Below, piece after piece: positions 20,152 through 28,847 of a DNA stretch of 64,000 nt. The translations under genes and the position numbers were made by a program. Source of the stretch: Acutalibacteraceae bacterium (GTDB taxonomy: Bacteria > Bacillota > Clostridia > Oscillospirales > Acutalibacteraceae). Under the pieces are notes generated by a model. That model had not been told where the DNA came from. It did no database searches and saw only the letters and a program-made list of their open reading frames with translations. Position 1 is the stretch's first letter; each line of letters starts with the position of its first letter. The stretch is taken from positions 17,394-81,393 of the forward strand of contig JAZNEL010000013.1 in assembly GCA_045588555.1 (NCBI GenBank), written 5' to 3'.

Positions 20152-21507
20152 ATGGGCTTCGTAATGGATAACGAAAACATCGCTTATAACCAGATTAAAG
20201 TAGTCGGTGTCGGCGGTGGCGGCGGTAATGCCGTTAACGGAATGGTTGAGTCAGGTATCGTGGGTGTAGAGTTCCTCTCCATTAATACCGACAGACAGAT
20301 TCTCGAAAACTCAAAAGCAACTCACAAAATTCAGATCGGTGAAAAGGTTACAGGCTGTATGGGTGCCGGCGGTGATCCCGCAGTAGGCAGAAAGGCAGCC
20401 GAGGAAAGCCGCGATGTTATCGCCGATGCTTTACGCTCTACGGATATGGTATTCATCACCGCAGGTATGGGCGGCGGTACAGGTACAGGTGCGGCTCCCG
20501 TCGTAGCTGAAATCGCCCGTGAGCTCGGTGCTCTCACCGTAGGTATCGTAACCAAGCCCTTCAAATTCGAGGGCAGAAAGAGAATGCAGCAGGCAGAGGA
20601 CGGCATCAGAGAGCTCGAAAAGCACGTAGACAGCCTTATCGTTATTCCTAACGAAAGACTTAAGCTTCTCGGTGACAAATCCCTTTCAATGAAGGACGCC
20701 TTCGGCAAAGCAAACAATGTTTTATGGCAGGGCGTAAAGAGTATTTCAGACACCATCAAGGTTCCCGGTTACATCAACCTCGACTTTGCTGACATTAAGA
20801 GCGTAATGAAGGACGCAGGTCTCGCTCATATGGGTATCGGTTCCGGTAAGGGCGCTGACTGCGCTGCCGAGGCCACCAAGCAGGCTATCACCAGTCCTCT
20901 CCTCGAAACCGCCATCGACGGTGCAAGCGGTGTTATCATTAATGTTACCTGTTCCTCCGATATGTCTCTCGATATGATCGAGCAGGCAGGTACACTCATT
21001 TCCGAGGCTACACATCCCGATGCAAACATCATCTTCGGTTCCGTATTCGACGAGGAAATGGGCGACGAAATGCGCATTACCGTTATCGCTACAGGCTTCG
21101 GCCTTGATAAGAAGGAGGAGGCTCCCCAGACTGCCGCTGACACACAGAATGCACAGCCCGCACAGCAGGGTGCTGCTCCCGAGTTTATCAGCCAGTCCAC
21201 GAAGAGCTCCGCAGGCTCCATCTTTACCGTAGGTGCAGATGCCGTTGACTTTGCCTCCACCCGCTTCGGACAGGGCTTCGCCTCTATCTTTGAGCAGGGT
21301 GCAAAGCCCGGAGCAGAGGAAAAGGCTCCCGTTTTTGAGGCTCCTGTACAGGACATCTCCTCAAATGAGCCCGCAGCTCCCGCACAGACCTTCGATGTAA
21401 TCGAAACTCCTCCCAAAAAGACAGGCTCCATCTTCGACGAGCCCGACGAGGACGAAAGCGATGTTCTTCCCGTATTCAAGGGCAGAAACATTTTCGGAAA
21501 TAACTAA
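20152..21507 (+). CDS. ftsZ: Cell division GTPase FtsZ
   Basis: '[11 protein letters not shown]' and the tubulin signature '[16 protein letters not shown]'. A long disordered linker ends in the C-terminal peptide '[10 protein letters not shown]'. AGGAGG RBS. Confidence 0.97.
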   Translation: MGFVMDNENIAYNQIKVVGVGGGGGNAVNGMVESGIVGVEFLSINTDRQILENSKATHKIQIGEKVTGCMGAGGDPAVGRKAAEESRDVIADALRSTDMVFITAGMGGGTGTGAAPVVAEIARELGALTVGIVTKPFKFEGRKRMQQAEDGIRELEKHVDSLIVIPNERLKLLGDKSLSMKDAFGKANNVLWQGVKSISDTIKVPGYINLDFADIKSVMKDAGLAHMGIGSGKGADCAAEATKQAITSPLLETAIDGASGVIINVTCSSDMSLDMIEQAGTLISEATHPDANIIFGSVFDEEMGDEMRITVIATGFGLDKKEEAPQTAADTQNAQPAQQGAAPEFISQSTKSSAGSIFTVGADAVDFASTRFGQGFASIFEQGAKPGAEEKAPVFEAPVQDISSNEPAAPAQTFDVIETPPKKTGSIFDEPDEDESDVLPVFKGRNIFGNN

Positions 21508-21559
21508 ACGCCGACGCATCATAAGGCTGTGTTTATAAGCAGCTTCATAAAGACCGTTA

Positions 21560-21602
21560 AACCCATCAATATGCATCAGCATAATTGATGGGTTAGCTTT
21601 TT
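21560..21602 (+). terminator. Rho-independent terminator after ftsZ
   Basis: The 11-bp perfect stem AACCCATCAAT (21560-21570) pairs with ATTGATGGGTT (21584-21594). A T5 run follows 3 nt later. Confidence 0.6.
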
Positions 21603-21728
21603 ATGACAAAGGAATAAATAATTGTTAAAATTATCAAAATACACTTGACCTTTATGGCGTTTTCTGCTAATCTTATAATACCTGTAATAGGTTTATATAC
21701 AGATTACCTTCAGGAGGATTACATAAAA

Positions 21729-22718
21729 ATGGACTTAAAAAAGAATAAAATCAACATCATTATCATTGTGGCTATGGTCATAGTGTGCGGCGGCTCCTTC
21801 CTCGGTGTCAGAGCTATGAGCAATAAAATCGAGCCGGGCACTACCGTTCCTTCGGTTTATGAGGCAGCGACCGCAGAGCCTTCCACTACGGCTCCTACTA
21901 CCACTACGGCACCCTCGACGACGGCTCCCACTACTGTGGCGCCTACCTCCGAGGCTGACCTTTCCTCTACTCTTAAAATCGAAAGCATCATAACCACCTT
22001 CCCCGTATCTTCGTCCGGTACCACTACGACGAAGGCTCCTACTACGGCTCCTACCACTACCACGGAGCCTACCACTACCGAGCCAACCACCGAAAGAACC
22101 ACAGCTCCTACCACTGCTGCTCCCACTACCACTAAAAAGAACAGCAATAACGGCGGCGGTGTTTTCCAGGAGGGACTTGCGGGTTATCAGTATAATACTA
22201 ACGGTAATTTCTATTACACCAGCAGTGATCCGTGGCAGAGAGCACTCGGCTACACCGAGGCCTTCGATGTAGCGGCCGGTCTGGTTACCATTTATATGGA
22301 CACTATGCGCTGTAAGTTTGACTATAAGGATCAGAACTGGATGATTCAGTTCTGGAAGGGTCAGTACGGTCTCGTCTTCGTAGGACACGAAATCGGTGTC
22401 TATACCAAACCGAAGACCAGAACTGCCGAGTATTACGATGCCGCAAGCAACGAGGACGCTCTTTATATGGAGCTTACGGGCTACCGAGACGGTGAAGAGA
22501 TTTATCACAGAGATTACGGTAAATACTGGTGGTGTACAGGCTTTGTGCCCGGCACACTCGATAATCTTATGGACCGCTCCGAGCTTTCGCTTAAATGCCG
22601 TATCACTATGAAGGACTACGATATGCTTCTCGGCTTCTGCGATGCCCTTAAGTCAAACGGTATGGTTCTTGGTGAAGATTACGCAACAGACGGCCTCGAT
22701 GTCCTCGTAACTTGGTAA
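21729..22718 (+). CDS. Membrane-anchored protein: signal-anchor, Thr/Pro-rich linker, uncharacterised conserved C-terminal domain (paralog A)
   Basis: ATG 21729 has AGGAGG upstream (the track ORF begins earlier at TTG 21645). TM 'INIIIIVAMVIVCGGSFLGV', a long T/P/A linker, and a C-terminal ~185 aa shared with the ORFs at 26986 and 30380. Confidence 0.8.
   Translation: MDLKKNKINIIIIVAMVIVCGGSFLGVRAMSNKIEPGTTVPSVYEAATAEPSTTAPTTTTAPSTTAPTTVAPTSEADLSSTLKIESIITTFPVSSSGTTTTKAPTTAPTTTTEPTTTEPTTERTTAPTTAAPTTTKKNSNNGGGVFQEGLAGYQYNTNGNFYYTSSDPWQRALGYTEAFDVAAGLVTIYMDTMRCKFDYKDQNWMIQFWKGQYGLVFVGHEIGVYTKPKTRTAEYYDAASNEDALYMELTGYRDGEEIYHRDYGKYWWCTGFVPGTLDNLMDRSELSLKCRITMKDYDMLLGFCDALKSNGMVLGEDYATDGLDVLVTW
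21867..22140 (+). repeat. Imperfect tandem ACN/CCN/GCN codon repeats encoding a Thr/Pro/Ala linker
   Basis: Translates to 'TTAPTTTTAPSTTAPTT...APTTAPTTTTEPTTTEPTTERTTAPTTAAPTTT'. The repeats generate long shadow ORFs on the opposite strand. Confidence 0.6.
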
Positions 22719-22857
22719 TATAATATAAAGTTCATTCTTCTGTAAGAAAATTTGATTTTTGTATTGATTTTTGATACCATATATTGTATAATACTATAGA
22801 TGATTTGTATATTGCGGCAGTGCCGTTGATATAAATCTATAGAAAGGATGATTTAAG

Positions 22858-23649
22858 ATGAAAAAGATTTTAGGTATTCTCGTAGTAGCTATGCTTTGCG
22901 TATGCATGCTCGTTCCCACAGCTTCTGCAGCACTCTCCGACATCGAACTCGATGAAATCGCAGGCGGTGTAGGCTTAGAGGATTTAGAAGAGATGGAAGC
23001 AGCTCTTGATAAGTACTTATCAGGTGACACAGCCGCTGATGCTGACAGCACTGCAGCTCCTTCTGCTACCACTACCACAGGAACACTCGACCTCAGCTGG
23101 CTCACAAGCCTTATCCCCACCGACACATCTGCTATCACTGATATGCTCAGCGGTTTTGATGCATCAAACCTCGAAGACCTTCTCGCTGTCGTTTCAGAGT
23201 CAATGTCAGGCGCAGGTATTGACCTTGCAAACTTCGACCTCAGCGCTCTCGGTAACTTCGACATCACAAGCGTACTCAGCAGCACAGCAGTTCTTTCCGG
23301 CGGCGATACACAGGATATGGCAGCTACTGTAACTAACCTTACAGCAGGTCTTGCCGAAACCCTTAAGAGCGGTCTTACTGCACTCGGTCTTGACACTGCT
23401 ACTATCGAAGGCATTCTTGATAACGACATCGTTAACTTCTTTGCTAATATGTACATCGGCTTCATCGGCGAGGTAGAAGAAGAAACCACAGCTGAAGAAA
23501 CCACCAAAGAAACCACTACAAAGAAGCCCGCAGTTGTTACCACAGAAACTCCCAAAACCGGTGACACATCCGCAGTTGTAGTTGCTATTGCTACTCTTGC
23601 AGTTGCTTCAGCCGCAGCAGCAGTTTGCCTTAAGAAAAAGGAAGACTGA
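22858..23649 (+). CDS. Acidic cell-surface protein with Sec signal peptide and C-terminal sortase-type sorting signal
   Basis: Signal peptide 'MKKILGILVVAMLCVCMLVPTASA'. The C-terminus has 'TPKTGD', then a hydrophobic stretch 'TSAVVVAIATLAVASAAAAVCL', then the basic tail 'KKKED', which is an (x)PxTG sorting-signal architecture. Near-consensus promoter: TTGATT 22764-22769, 17 nt spacer, TATAAT 22787-22792. Confidence 0.75.
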   Translation: MKKILGILVVAMLCVCMLVPTASAALSDIELDEIAGGVGLEDLEEMEAALDKYLSGDTAADADSTAAPSATTTTGTLDLSWLTSLIPTDTSAITDMLSGFDASNLEDLLAVVSESMSGAGIDLANFDLSALGNFDITSVLSSTAVLSGGDTQDMAATVTNLTAGLAETLKSGLTALGLDTATIEGILDNDIVNFFANMYIGFIGEVEEETTAEETTKETTTKKPAVVTTETPKTGDTSAVVVAIATLAVASAAAAVCLKKKED

Positions 23650-23685
23650 TTTTATTCTAACTTTTTTATAAAAAAGCTATAATTA

Positions 23686-23716
23686 AACACTCCTCTTAAC
23701 GGGGAGTGTTTTTTTG
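23686..23716 (+). terminator. Rho-independent terminator after the surface-protein gene
   Basis: 10-bp stem (23686-23695 pairs with 23701-23710), a 5-nt loop and a T-run to 23716. Confidence 0.7.
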
Positions 23717-23720
23717 TGCG

Positions 23721-23749
23721 TAAAAATACCCGGGTGATGCCCCCGGGTA
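23721..23749 (-). terminator. Terminator for the convergent dehydrogenase gene
   Basis: TACCCGGG (23727-23734) pairs with CCCGGGTA (23742-23749). On the minus strand this is followed by TTTTTA. Confidence 0.55.
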
Positions 23750-23754
23750 GCTGT

Positions 23755-24714
23755 TCAGTTTACCACATTTCTCGGCTTACCCTCTAAAAAGGCCTTTACA
23801 TTTCCTTCGAAAATGTTCATCAGCCTTGTTCTTGCCTCGAGACTTGCCCAGGCGATATGCGGGGTGATGATGCACTTGTCACATTTCAGCAGAGGATTAT
23901 TTTCGTCGGCGGGCTCCTGCGAGAGTACATCGAGGCCTGCTCCTGCGATGACACCTGTGTTGAGCGCCTCGGCAAGATCCTCCTCGACGATTACGGGGCC
24001 TCTTGAGGTGTTGATAAGAAAGGCGGAGCTTTTCATTTTTTTAAGGAAGTGAGCATTTACCATTCCCTCTGTTTCCTCCGTGAGAGGGCAGTGGAGGGAG
24101 ATAACATCGCTTTCGGCTATTACTCTTTCCTTTTCCGTAAATTCCACCTGACCGAAGCCGTCGTAGGTTCTCGTATTCGGTGAGTAGGCGATAACCTTCA
24201 TACCGAAGGCATTGGCGATGTTGGCCACGGCGGAGCCTATCTTGCCGAAGCCGATGATGCCGAAGGTTTTACCGCGAAGCTCCGTGAGAGGTGTTTTCCA
24301 GTAGCAGAAATGCTCACAGCGGCACCAGTCTCCGCTTTTTACGCTGTCGTTATGTACGGCCACTGCATTTGTCATTTCTAAAAGCAGTGCGAAAACGAGC
24401 TGTGCCACACCGTCGGTGCTGTAGGCGGGAATATTGGAAACGGGTATGCCTTTTTCTCTTGCGGCCTTTATGTCTACCACATTATAGCCTGTGGAGAGGG
24501 TGGCGATGAATTTCAGAGAGGGGAGTGCTTCTATGATTTCCCGTGTGATGAGCTTTTTATTTGTAACCACGATGTCAGCATCCTTACAGCGTGCGAGCAC
24601 CTCGTCCTGGGGAGTGTGGTCGTAAACCGTGTACTCGTCCACCGTGTCCTTCAGCCAATCCCAGGAAAGGTCACCGGGATTTTCCGTATAGCCGTCTAAA
24701 ATTATAAGCTTCAT
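23755..24714 (-). CDS. D-isomer-specific 2-hydroxyacid dehydrogenase (glycerate/hydroxypyruvate reductase-like)
   Basis: NAD-binding 'GIIGFGKIGSAVA' and the catalytic region 'NTSRG...E' with 'ITPHIAW'. 319 aa. Confidence 0.9.
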   Translation of the reverse strand: MKLIILDGYTENPGDLSWDWLKDTVDEYTVYDHTPQDEVLARCKDADIVVTNKKLITREIIEALPSLKFIATLSTGYNVVDIKAAREKGIPVSNIPAYSTDGVAQLVFALLLEMTNAVAVHNDSVKSGDWCRCEHFCYWKTPLTELRGKTFGIIGFGKIGSAVANIANAFGMKVIAYSPNTRTYDGFGQVEFTEKERVIAESDVISLHCPLTEETEGMVNAHFLKKMKSSAFLINTSRGPVIVEEDLAEALNTGVIAGAGLDVLSQEPADENNPLLKCDKCIITPHIAWASLEARTRLMNIFEGNVKAFLEGKPRNVVN

Positions 24715-24874
24715 AATAATCTCCTTCCGATAATTAATACCTTTTCAGTATAACATATTTCTTTTTAAAAGTACATAGTAAATAAAAAATGTATATTTTG
24801 TTTTAAATATTAAAAAAGGGGTTGACCTTGAGCAGTATATATTATAAAATGAAAATGTATAATAATGTAAAATA

Positions 24875-25624
24875 GTGTTTTTATGTCCAAATGAGGTGGA
24901 TGCTTTGAAAAAGGAAAAGAGCATTCGGCATGTGCTGAATCTCTCGGCTTTTCTGTGCTTTCTCTTTGCCCTTATCCTCGCGGTGCTTCTCCGTCTGTTT
25001 CACTCGGAGCAGTTTCTCGCCTGGTACGGCAAATATACCGATACTCTCCTCTCTTATGAGATATGGATGCAGTCCTATGGTGCCTCGGTGGTCTCCGTGA
25101 TTTTCATTCTGCTGAATTACACGGTAAAGGCCGTCATTCCCTGGTTCCCCATTTCCTGCATCTGCGTAGTTTCGGGAGCACTGTTCAGCTGGTATTATGC
25201 TATTATAATAAATGTCGCGGGTCTCATCATTCTTTTCTCCGTTAAGTTTTTATGGGGAAGGAAATTCGGCGGAGGGAATGCCGAAAAAATCCTGCGCAAA
25301 TATGATTCTGTTTATAACTTTATCGATAAAAGTAAAACGGGCTCACCGCTTGTGCTTTTTGTCTTAAGGTTTATGCCCGGTATTCCCGTAAATTCCGTAA
25401 GCGGTCTTTACGGCGGTACTGACATTTCCTATCACACCTTTATCGGTGTGTCTCTCGGCGGCTTTGCTTATAAGCTTTTTTCGTACACGGTAATCGGCAG
25501 AAACGTCTTTGACCCTGCTTCTGCTAACTTTATCGTTCCCTTTGTGGTGCTTTCCGTTTTTTCGGGTATGGCACTTCTGGCCATCAGCGGTGTAATGAGC
25601 ATCACTCCCTTAAAAAACAAATAA
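24875..25624 (+). CDS. TVP38/TMEM64 (DedA-superfamily, VTT domain) membrane protein
   Basis: Polytopic protein with a VTT-like segment 'RFMPGIPVNSVSGLYGG'. The start is uncertain: GTG 24875, or TTG 24905 with GAGGTGG just upstream. Confidence 0.7.
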   Translation: MFLCPNEVDALKKEKSIRHVLNLSAFLCFLFALILAVLLRLFHSEQFLAWYGKYTDTLLSYEIWMQSYGASVVSVIFILLNYTVKAVIPWFPISCICVVSGALFSWYYAIIINVAGLIILFSVKFLWGRKFGGGNAEKILRKYDSVYNFIDKSKTGSPLVLFVLRFMPGIPVNSVSGLYGGTDISYHTFIGVSLGGFAYKLFSYTVIGRNVFDPASANFIVPFVVLSVFSGMALLAISGVMSITPLKNK

Positions 25625-25644
25625 TCAAAGGAAGGTTGATTAAA

Positions 25645-26931
25645 ATGATAAATTCTACAGAAATGGAAAAATTACTTAAGGAGCAGAAGCTTGATGAGAA
25701 GTTTGCTCTTGTTTATGAAAAGGATGCTTACGGCACACAGTATTCGAGATTTCTCGAGGTTCTCGCCGCATTCCGCGATTTATTCGATAAAAAGGGCGAA
25801 AGAGAGGTTTCTCTTTTCTCTGCACCGGGCAGAAGTGAAATCGGCGGTAACCACACCGACCATAACCACGGCCTCGTTCTCGCCGCAGGTATCAGCCTGG
25901 ATGCTATCGCGGTAGCTTCTAAAAACGACGAGGGCATCATCCGTATCAAATCTGCCGGCTATCCTCTCGATGAGGTCAACTGTGCCGACCTTGAGGTAAA
26001 GGAAGCCGAAAAGGGTAAAAGCCAGTCCATCATCAGAGGTATCGCCTCACGCTTCGTACAGCTCGGTTATAAGGTAGGCGGCTTCGATGCAGCCACAGCC
26101 TCACAGGTTCTTTCGGGCTCGGGCCTTTCATCCTCTGCGGCCTTCGAGGTTCTCGTATGCACTATGCTTAATCACCTTTATAACGACGGCAGAATCGACC
26201 CTGTGGAAATCGCGAAGATTTCACAGTACAGCGAAAATGTTTACTTCGGTAAGCCCTGCGGTCTTCTCGACCAGATGGCCTGCTCCGTAGGCGGCTTTGT
26301 TTCCATCGACTTCGAGGATACGGATAAGCCTGTTATCAATAAAATTGACTTCGACTTCGCTTCCTCCGGCCACAGCCTTTGCATCGTAGATACGAAGGGA
26401 AGCCACTCCGACCTTACAGACGAATATGCGGCTGTAAGACTTGAAATGGAAAGCGTAGCCGGTTATTTCGGTAAAAAGGTTCTCCGTGAATGTGAAAAGA
26501 AGGATGTTATCGCCAATGCAGGTGACATCAGTAAAAAGTTAAGCGAAAGAGCAGTCATCAGAGCTCTTCACTTCTACGGCGAAAACGAAAAGGTTGTTCT
26601 CCAGGCTGAAGCACTCGGCAGAAACGATTTCGAGGCCTTTAAGGAGCTCATCATCGCCAGCGGCAGATCCTCTTATATGTATAATCAGAATGTTTACACC
26701 TGTAAGGCTCCCACAAATCAGCCTCTCTCTCTGGCACTGGCTGTAAGTGAGCAGATTCTCGCAGGTAAGGGCGCATGGCGAGTACACGGCGGCGGCTTCG
26801 CAGGCACCATTCAGGCCTTCGTACCCAATGAGCTCATCGGAGAATACACAGGCGCTATGAAGTCAATTTTCGGTGACGATGCCTGCTATGTTCTCTCCAT
26901 AAGACCCTTCGGCGGTGTAGCTTTAGCATAA
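25645..26931 (+). CDS. galK: Galactokinase (GHMP kinase family)
   Basis: 'APGRSEIGGNHTDHNHG' is a variant of the galactokinase signature GR.N.IGEHTDY, and 'GSGLSSSAAFEV' is the GHMP ATP-binding motif. ATG 25645 has AGGAAGG upstream. Confidence 0.85.
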   Translation: MINSTEMEKLLKEQKLDEKFALVYEKDAYGTQYSRFLEVLAAFRDLFDKKGEREVSLFSAPGRSEIGGNHTDHNHGLVLAAGISLDAIAVASKNDEGIIRIKSAGYPLDEVNCADLEVKEAEKGKSQSIIRGIASRFVQLGYKVGGFDAATASQVLSGSGLSSSAAFEVLVCTMLNHLYNDGRIDPVEIAKISQYSENVYFGKPCGLLDQMACSVGGFVSIDFEDTDKPVINKIDFDFASSGHSLCIVDTKGSHSDLTDEYAAVRLEMESVAGYFGKKVLRECEKKDVIANAGDISKKLSERAVIRALHFYGENEKVVLQAEALGRNDFEAFKELIIASGRSSYMYNQNVYTCKAPTNQPLSLALAVSEQILAGKGAWRVHGGGFAGTIQAFVPNELIGEYTGAMKSIFGDDACYVLSIRPFGGVALA

Positions 26932-26985
26932 AATACATAATCAATAAAAAATACGGGCAAAAATTAATTCATAAGGAGTATACAA

Positions 26986-28800
26986 ATGAAGAAAATATAC
27001 AAATTATTATTATGCACATTTATGTGTATAACTGTAATTTTTACCTGTTCAGCAGTTATTTCGGCGGCATCAAAGGTCGCAAAGGTTAAAAGCGTAAAGG
27101 TCTCCTCCGTTACTGAAACCACAGTTAAGCTGAAATGGAAAAAGACCTCGGGTGTGACGGGCTACCGCGTTTACAAATACAGCTCGAAAAAGGATAAGTA
27201 TGTCTACATCGGAAAAACGAAAAAGACTACCTACACCGACTCCTCTCTTACGGCCGGTAAAACCTACAAATACAAGGTACGCGCCTACAAGACAAAGAAT
27301 AAAAAGACCACCTACGGTGCTTATTCCTCTGCCGTAAAGGCGGTTACCGCTCCTAAAAAGGTTACGGGAATCAAGACCACCTATGTAGGCTCGTCTAATG
27401 TGAGCTTAAGCTGGAAAAAGGCGAAGGGCGCCTCGGGCTACGAGGTTTTTATCTACGACAGTAAAAAGAAAAAGTATGTTTCAAAGGGTACGGTAACGAA
27501 AACGAGCTGTGCTCTCAAAAAGCTCTCCTCGGGCACAGAATATAAGGTAAGGATAGCCGCCTTCCATAAAAAGAACGGTAAGGTCAGCGGTGCCAAATCC
27601 TCCACCTTTACCTTCAGAACGAAACTTCCCGAGGTAAATAATCTGCGTGTTACGGGTGTTACCAAATCATCCTACACTCTCAAATGGAGCAAGGTAAAGG
27701 GCGCACAGGGCTATATGGTTTACCGTTATGTTTCCGAGGAGGGAAGATGGAAAAAGGTGAAAACCACCTCCGAGCTTTCCTATTCCGTAAAAAAGCTCGA
27801 GCCGGGTACCGCTTATGTTTATAAGGTAAAGGCCTATAAGAAGAACGGCTCCAAAACCAATTACGGCGGATATTCTGCCCAGGTCACTGCAAACACCATC
27901 CCCGAAGCCCCTACAAATCTTACTGCGGCTACGGATAATAAGGTAGTTTATCTGAGCTGGAAAACCCACGGCAAGGCTACCGGCTACGAGATCAGCCGCT
28001 TCAATACCTACGATAATGCCTGGGAAACCATAGGAAAAACCGACGGCGACGACTACACCGATGAAAGCCTCACCGCCACCGGCACCTATACCTACAGAGT
28101 CAGAGCCTATGTGGGAGAGAATGCGGAATATACCACTACCTACACAGCGTCGGTCAGCATTTTCTTCGAAAGCAACTACACTCCCCAGAGCGTTTACGGC
28201 GACAGTGTAATCGCTGAGGCGGGCGTTTTAGGCTTCCTTTTAGACCCGAATGAGGGCTGCTTCTACACGGCCTCTGACCCCTGGCAGAGACGGATAGGCT
28301 ATAATGAGGGCTTCGATGCGGGAGCCTCTCTCGTAACTATTTACATCGATACGGTCAGAGTGAAGTTCGAATACGGCACGAAGGATTGGATGCTTCAGCT
28401 GTGGAAGGGTCAGTACGGTCTCTTCTTCTACGGTGCGGAGGTGGGTATTTATACCAAACCGAAGGACAGAGAGCTCGGCCATTACGACTGTGCCACCGAT
28501 GATGAAAGCCTGATGATGTCTATGGACTTTTACCGCAGCGGTGTAAAGAAGTTCTCCCGTCCCTATGACTCCTATTGGTGGTGCACGGGCTTCGTTCCCT
28601 ACAGTCCGCTGATTCTGGTGCCGGGCACTACCTTTACTACCCATCAGGCCCGTGAAAACCTCCGAGTGGAGACCCGTGTAGTAGCCAAGGACTATACTAT
28701 GCTCTCTGCGATGAAGGCTTCTCTTGACAGCGACGAGGTAGTGAGTGAGGGCGTAAGCTACTACATTAACGGACTTAATATTTATATCACTTATCAATAA
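26986..28800 (+). CDS. Secreted protein: signal peptide, four Fn3 domains, uncharacterised conserved C-terminal domain (paralog B)
   Basis: Signal peptide 'MKKIYKLLLCTFMCITVIFTCSAVISAAS'. Four ~90-aa repeats carry 'W.K..GA.GY.V..Y' and 'Y.Y.V.AY' (Fn3-like). The last 192 aa (nt 28222-28797) are homologous to paralogs A and C. Confidence 0.85.
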   Translation: MKKIYKLLLCTFMCITVIFTCSAVISAASKVAKVKSVKVSSVTETTVKLKWKKTSGVTGYRVYKYSSKKDKYVYIGKTKKTTYTDSSLTAGKTYKYKVRAYKTKNKKTTYGAYSSAVKAVTAPKKVTGIKTTYVGSSNVSLSWKKAKGASGYEVFIYDSKKKKYVSKGTVTKTSCALKKLSSGTEYKVRIAAFHKKNGKVSGAKSSTFTFRTKLPEVNNLRVTGVTKSSYTLKWSKVKGAQGYMVYRYVSEEGRWKKVKTTSELSYSVKKLEPGTAYVYKVKAYKKNGSKTNYGGYSAQVTANTIPEAPTNLTAATDNKVVYLSWKTHGKATGYEISRFNTYDNAWETIGKTDGDDYTDESLTATGTYTYRVRAYVGENAEYTTTYTASVSIFFESNYTPQSVYGDSVIAEAGVLGFLLDPNEGCFYTASDPWQRRIGYNEGFDAGASLVTIYIDTVRVKFEYGTKDWMLQLWKGQYGLFFYGAEVGIYTKPKDRELGHYDCATDDESLMMSMDFYRSGVKKFSRPYDSYWWCTGFVPYSPLILVPGTTFTTHQARENLRVETRVVAKDYTMLSAMKASLDSDEVVSEGVSYYINGLNIYITYQ

Positions 28801-28847
28801 TTAAAAAGGAATCGGTACAGGCTGAAAGGTCTGTACCGAAAACAGTT

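Noticed and set aside
21867-22140. Repetitive DNA at 21867-22140 and 47450-47629, considered as possible CRISPR, VNTR or mobile-element repeats.
   Set aside because: The repeats are short, imperfect, in-frame codon repeats (Thr/Pro/Ala/Glu linkers) inside ORFs. There is no repeat-spacer periodicity and no flanking cas or transposase genes.
21735-22508. Long minus-strand ORFs opposite the three paralog genes (21735-22508, 28240-28797, 30563-31369). They could have suggested antisense genes conserved with the family.
   Set aside because: Their translations are not similar to each other in the way the + strand products are. They lack start signals. The + strand products have signal peptides and conserved blocks.
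22933-22968. Reading the LSDIELDEIAGG motif as a genuine double-glycine bacteriocin or RiPP leader.
   Set aside because: It sits after a classical Sec signal peptide in a 263-aa sortase-type protein. No C39-peptidase ABC transporter, immunity gene or modification gene is in the window. It is kept only as a curiosity in the findings.
22794-23567. A 257-aa minus-strand ORF mirroring the sortase-type surface protein gene.
   Set aside because: The + strand ORF has an RBS, signal peptide, sorting signal, promoter and terminator. The minus ORF is a Ser/Val/Ala-rich mirror without translation signals.
28813-28838. A stem-loop (CGGTACAG...CTGTACCG) between paralog B and the fucosidase gene, considered as a terminator.
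   Set aside because: No U-tract follows on the + strand (AAAACAG instead). It may be an RNA-stability or partial-attenuation element, but cannot be called a terminator.
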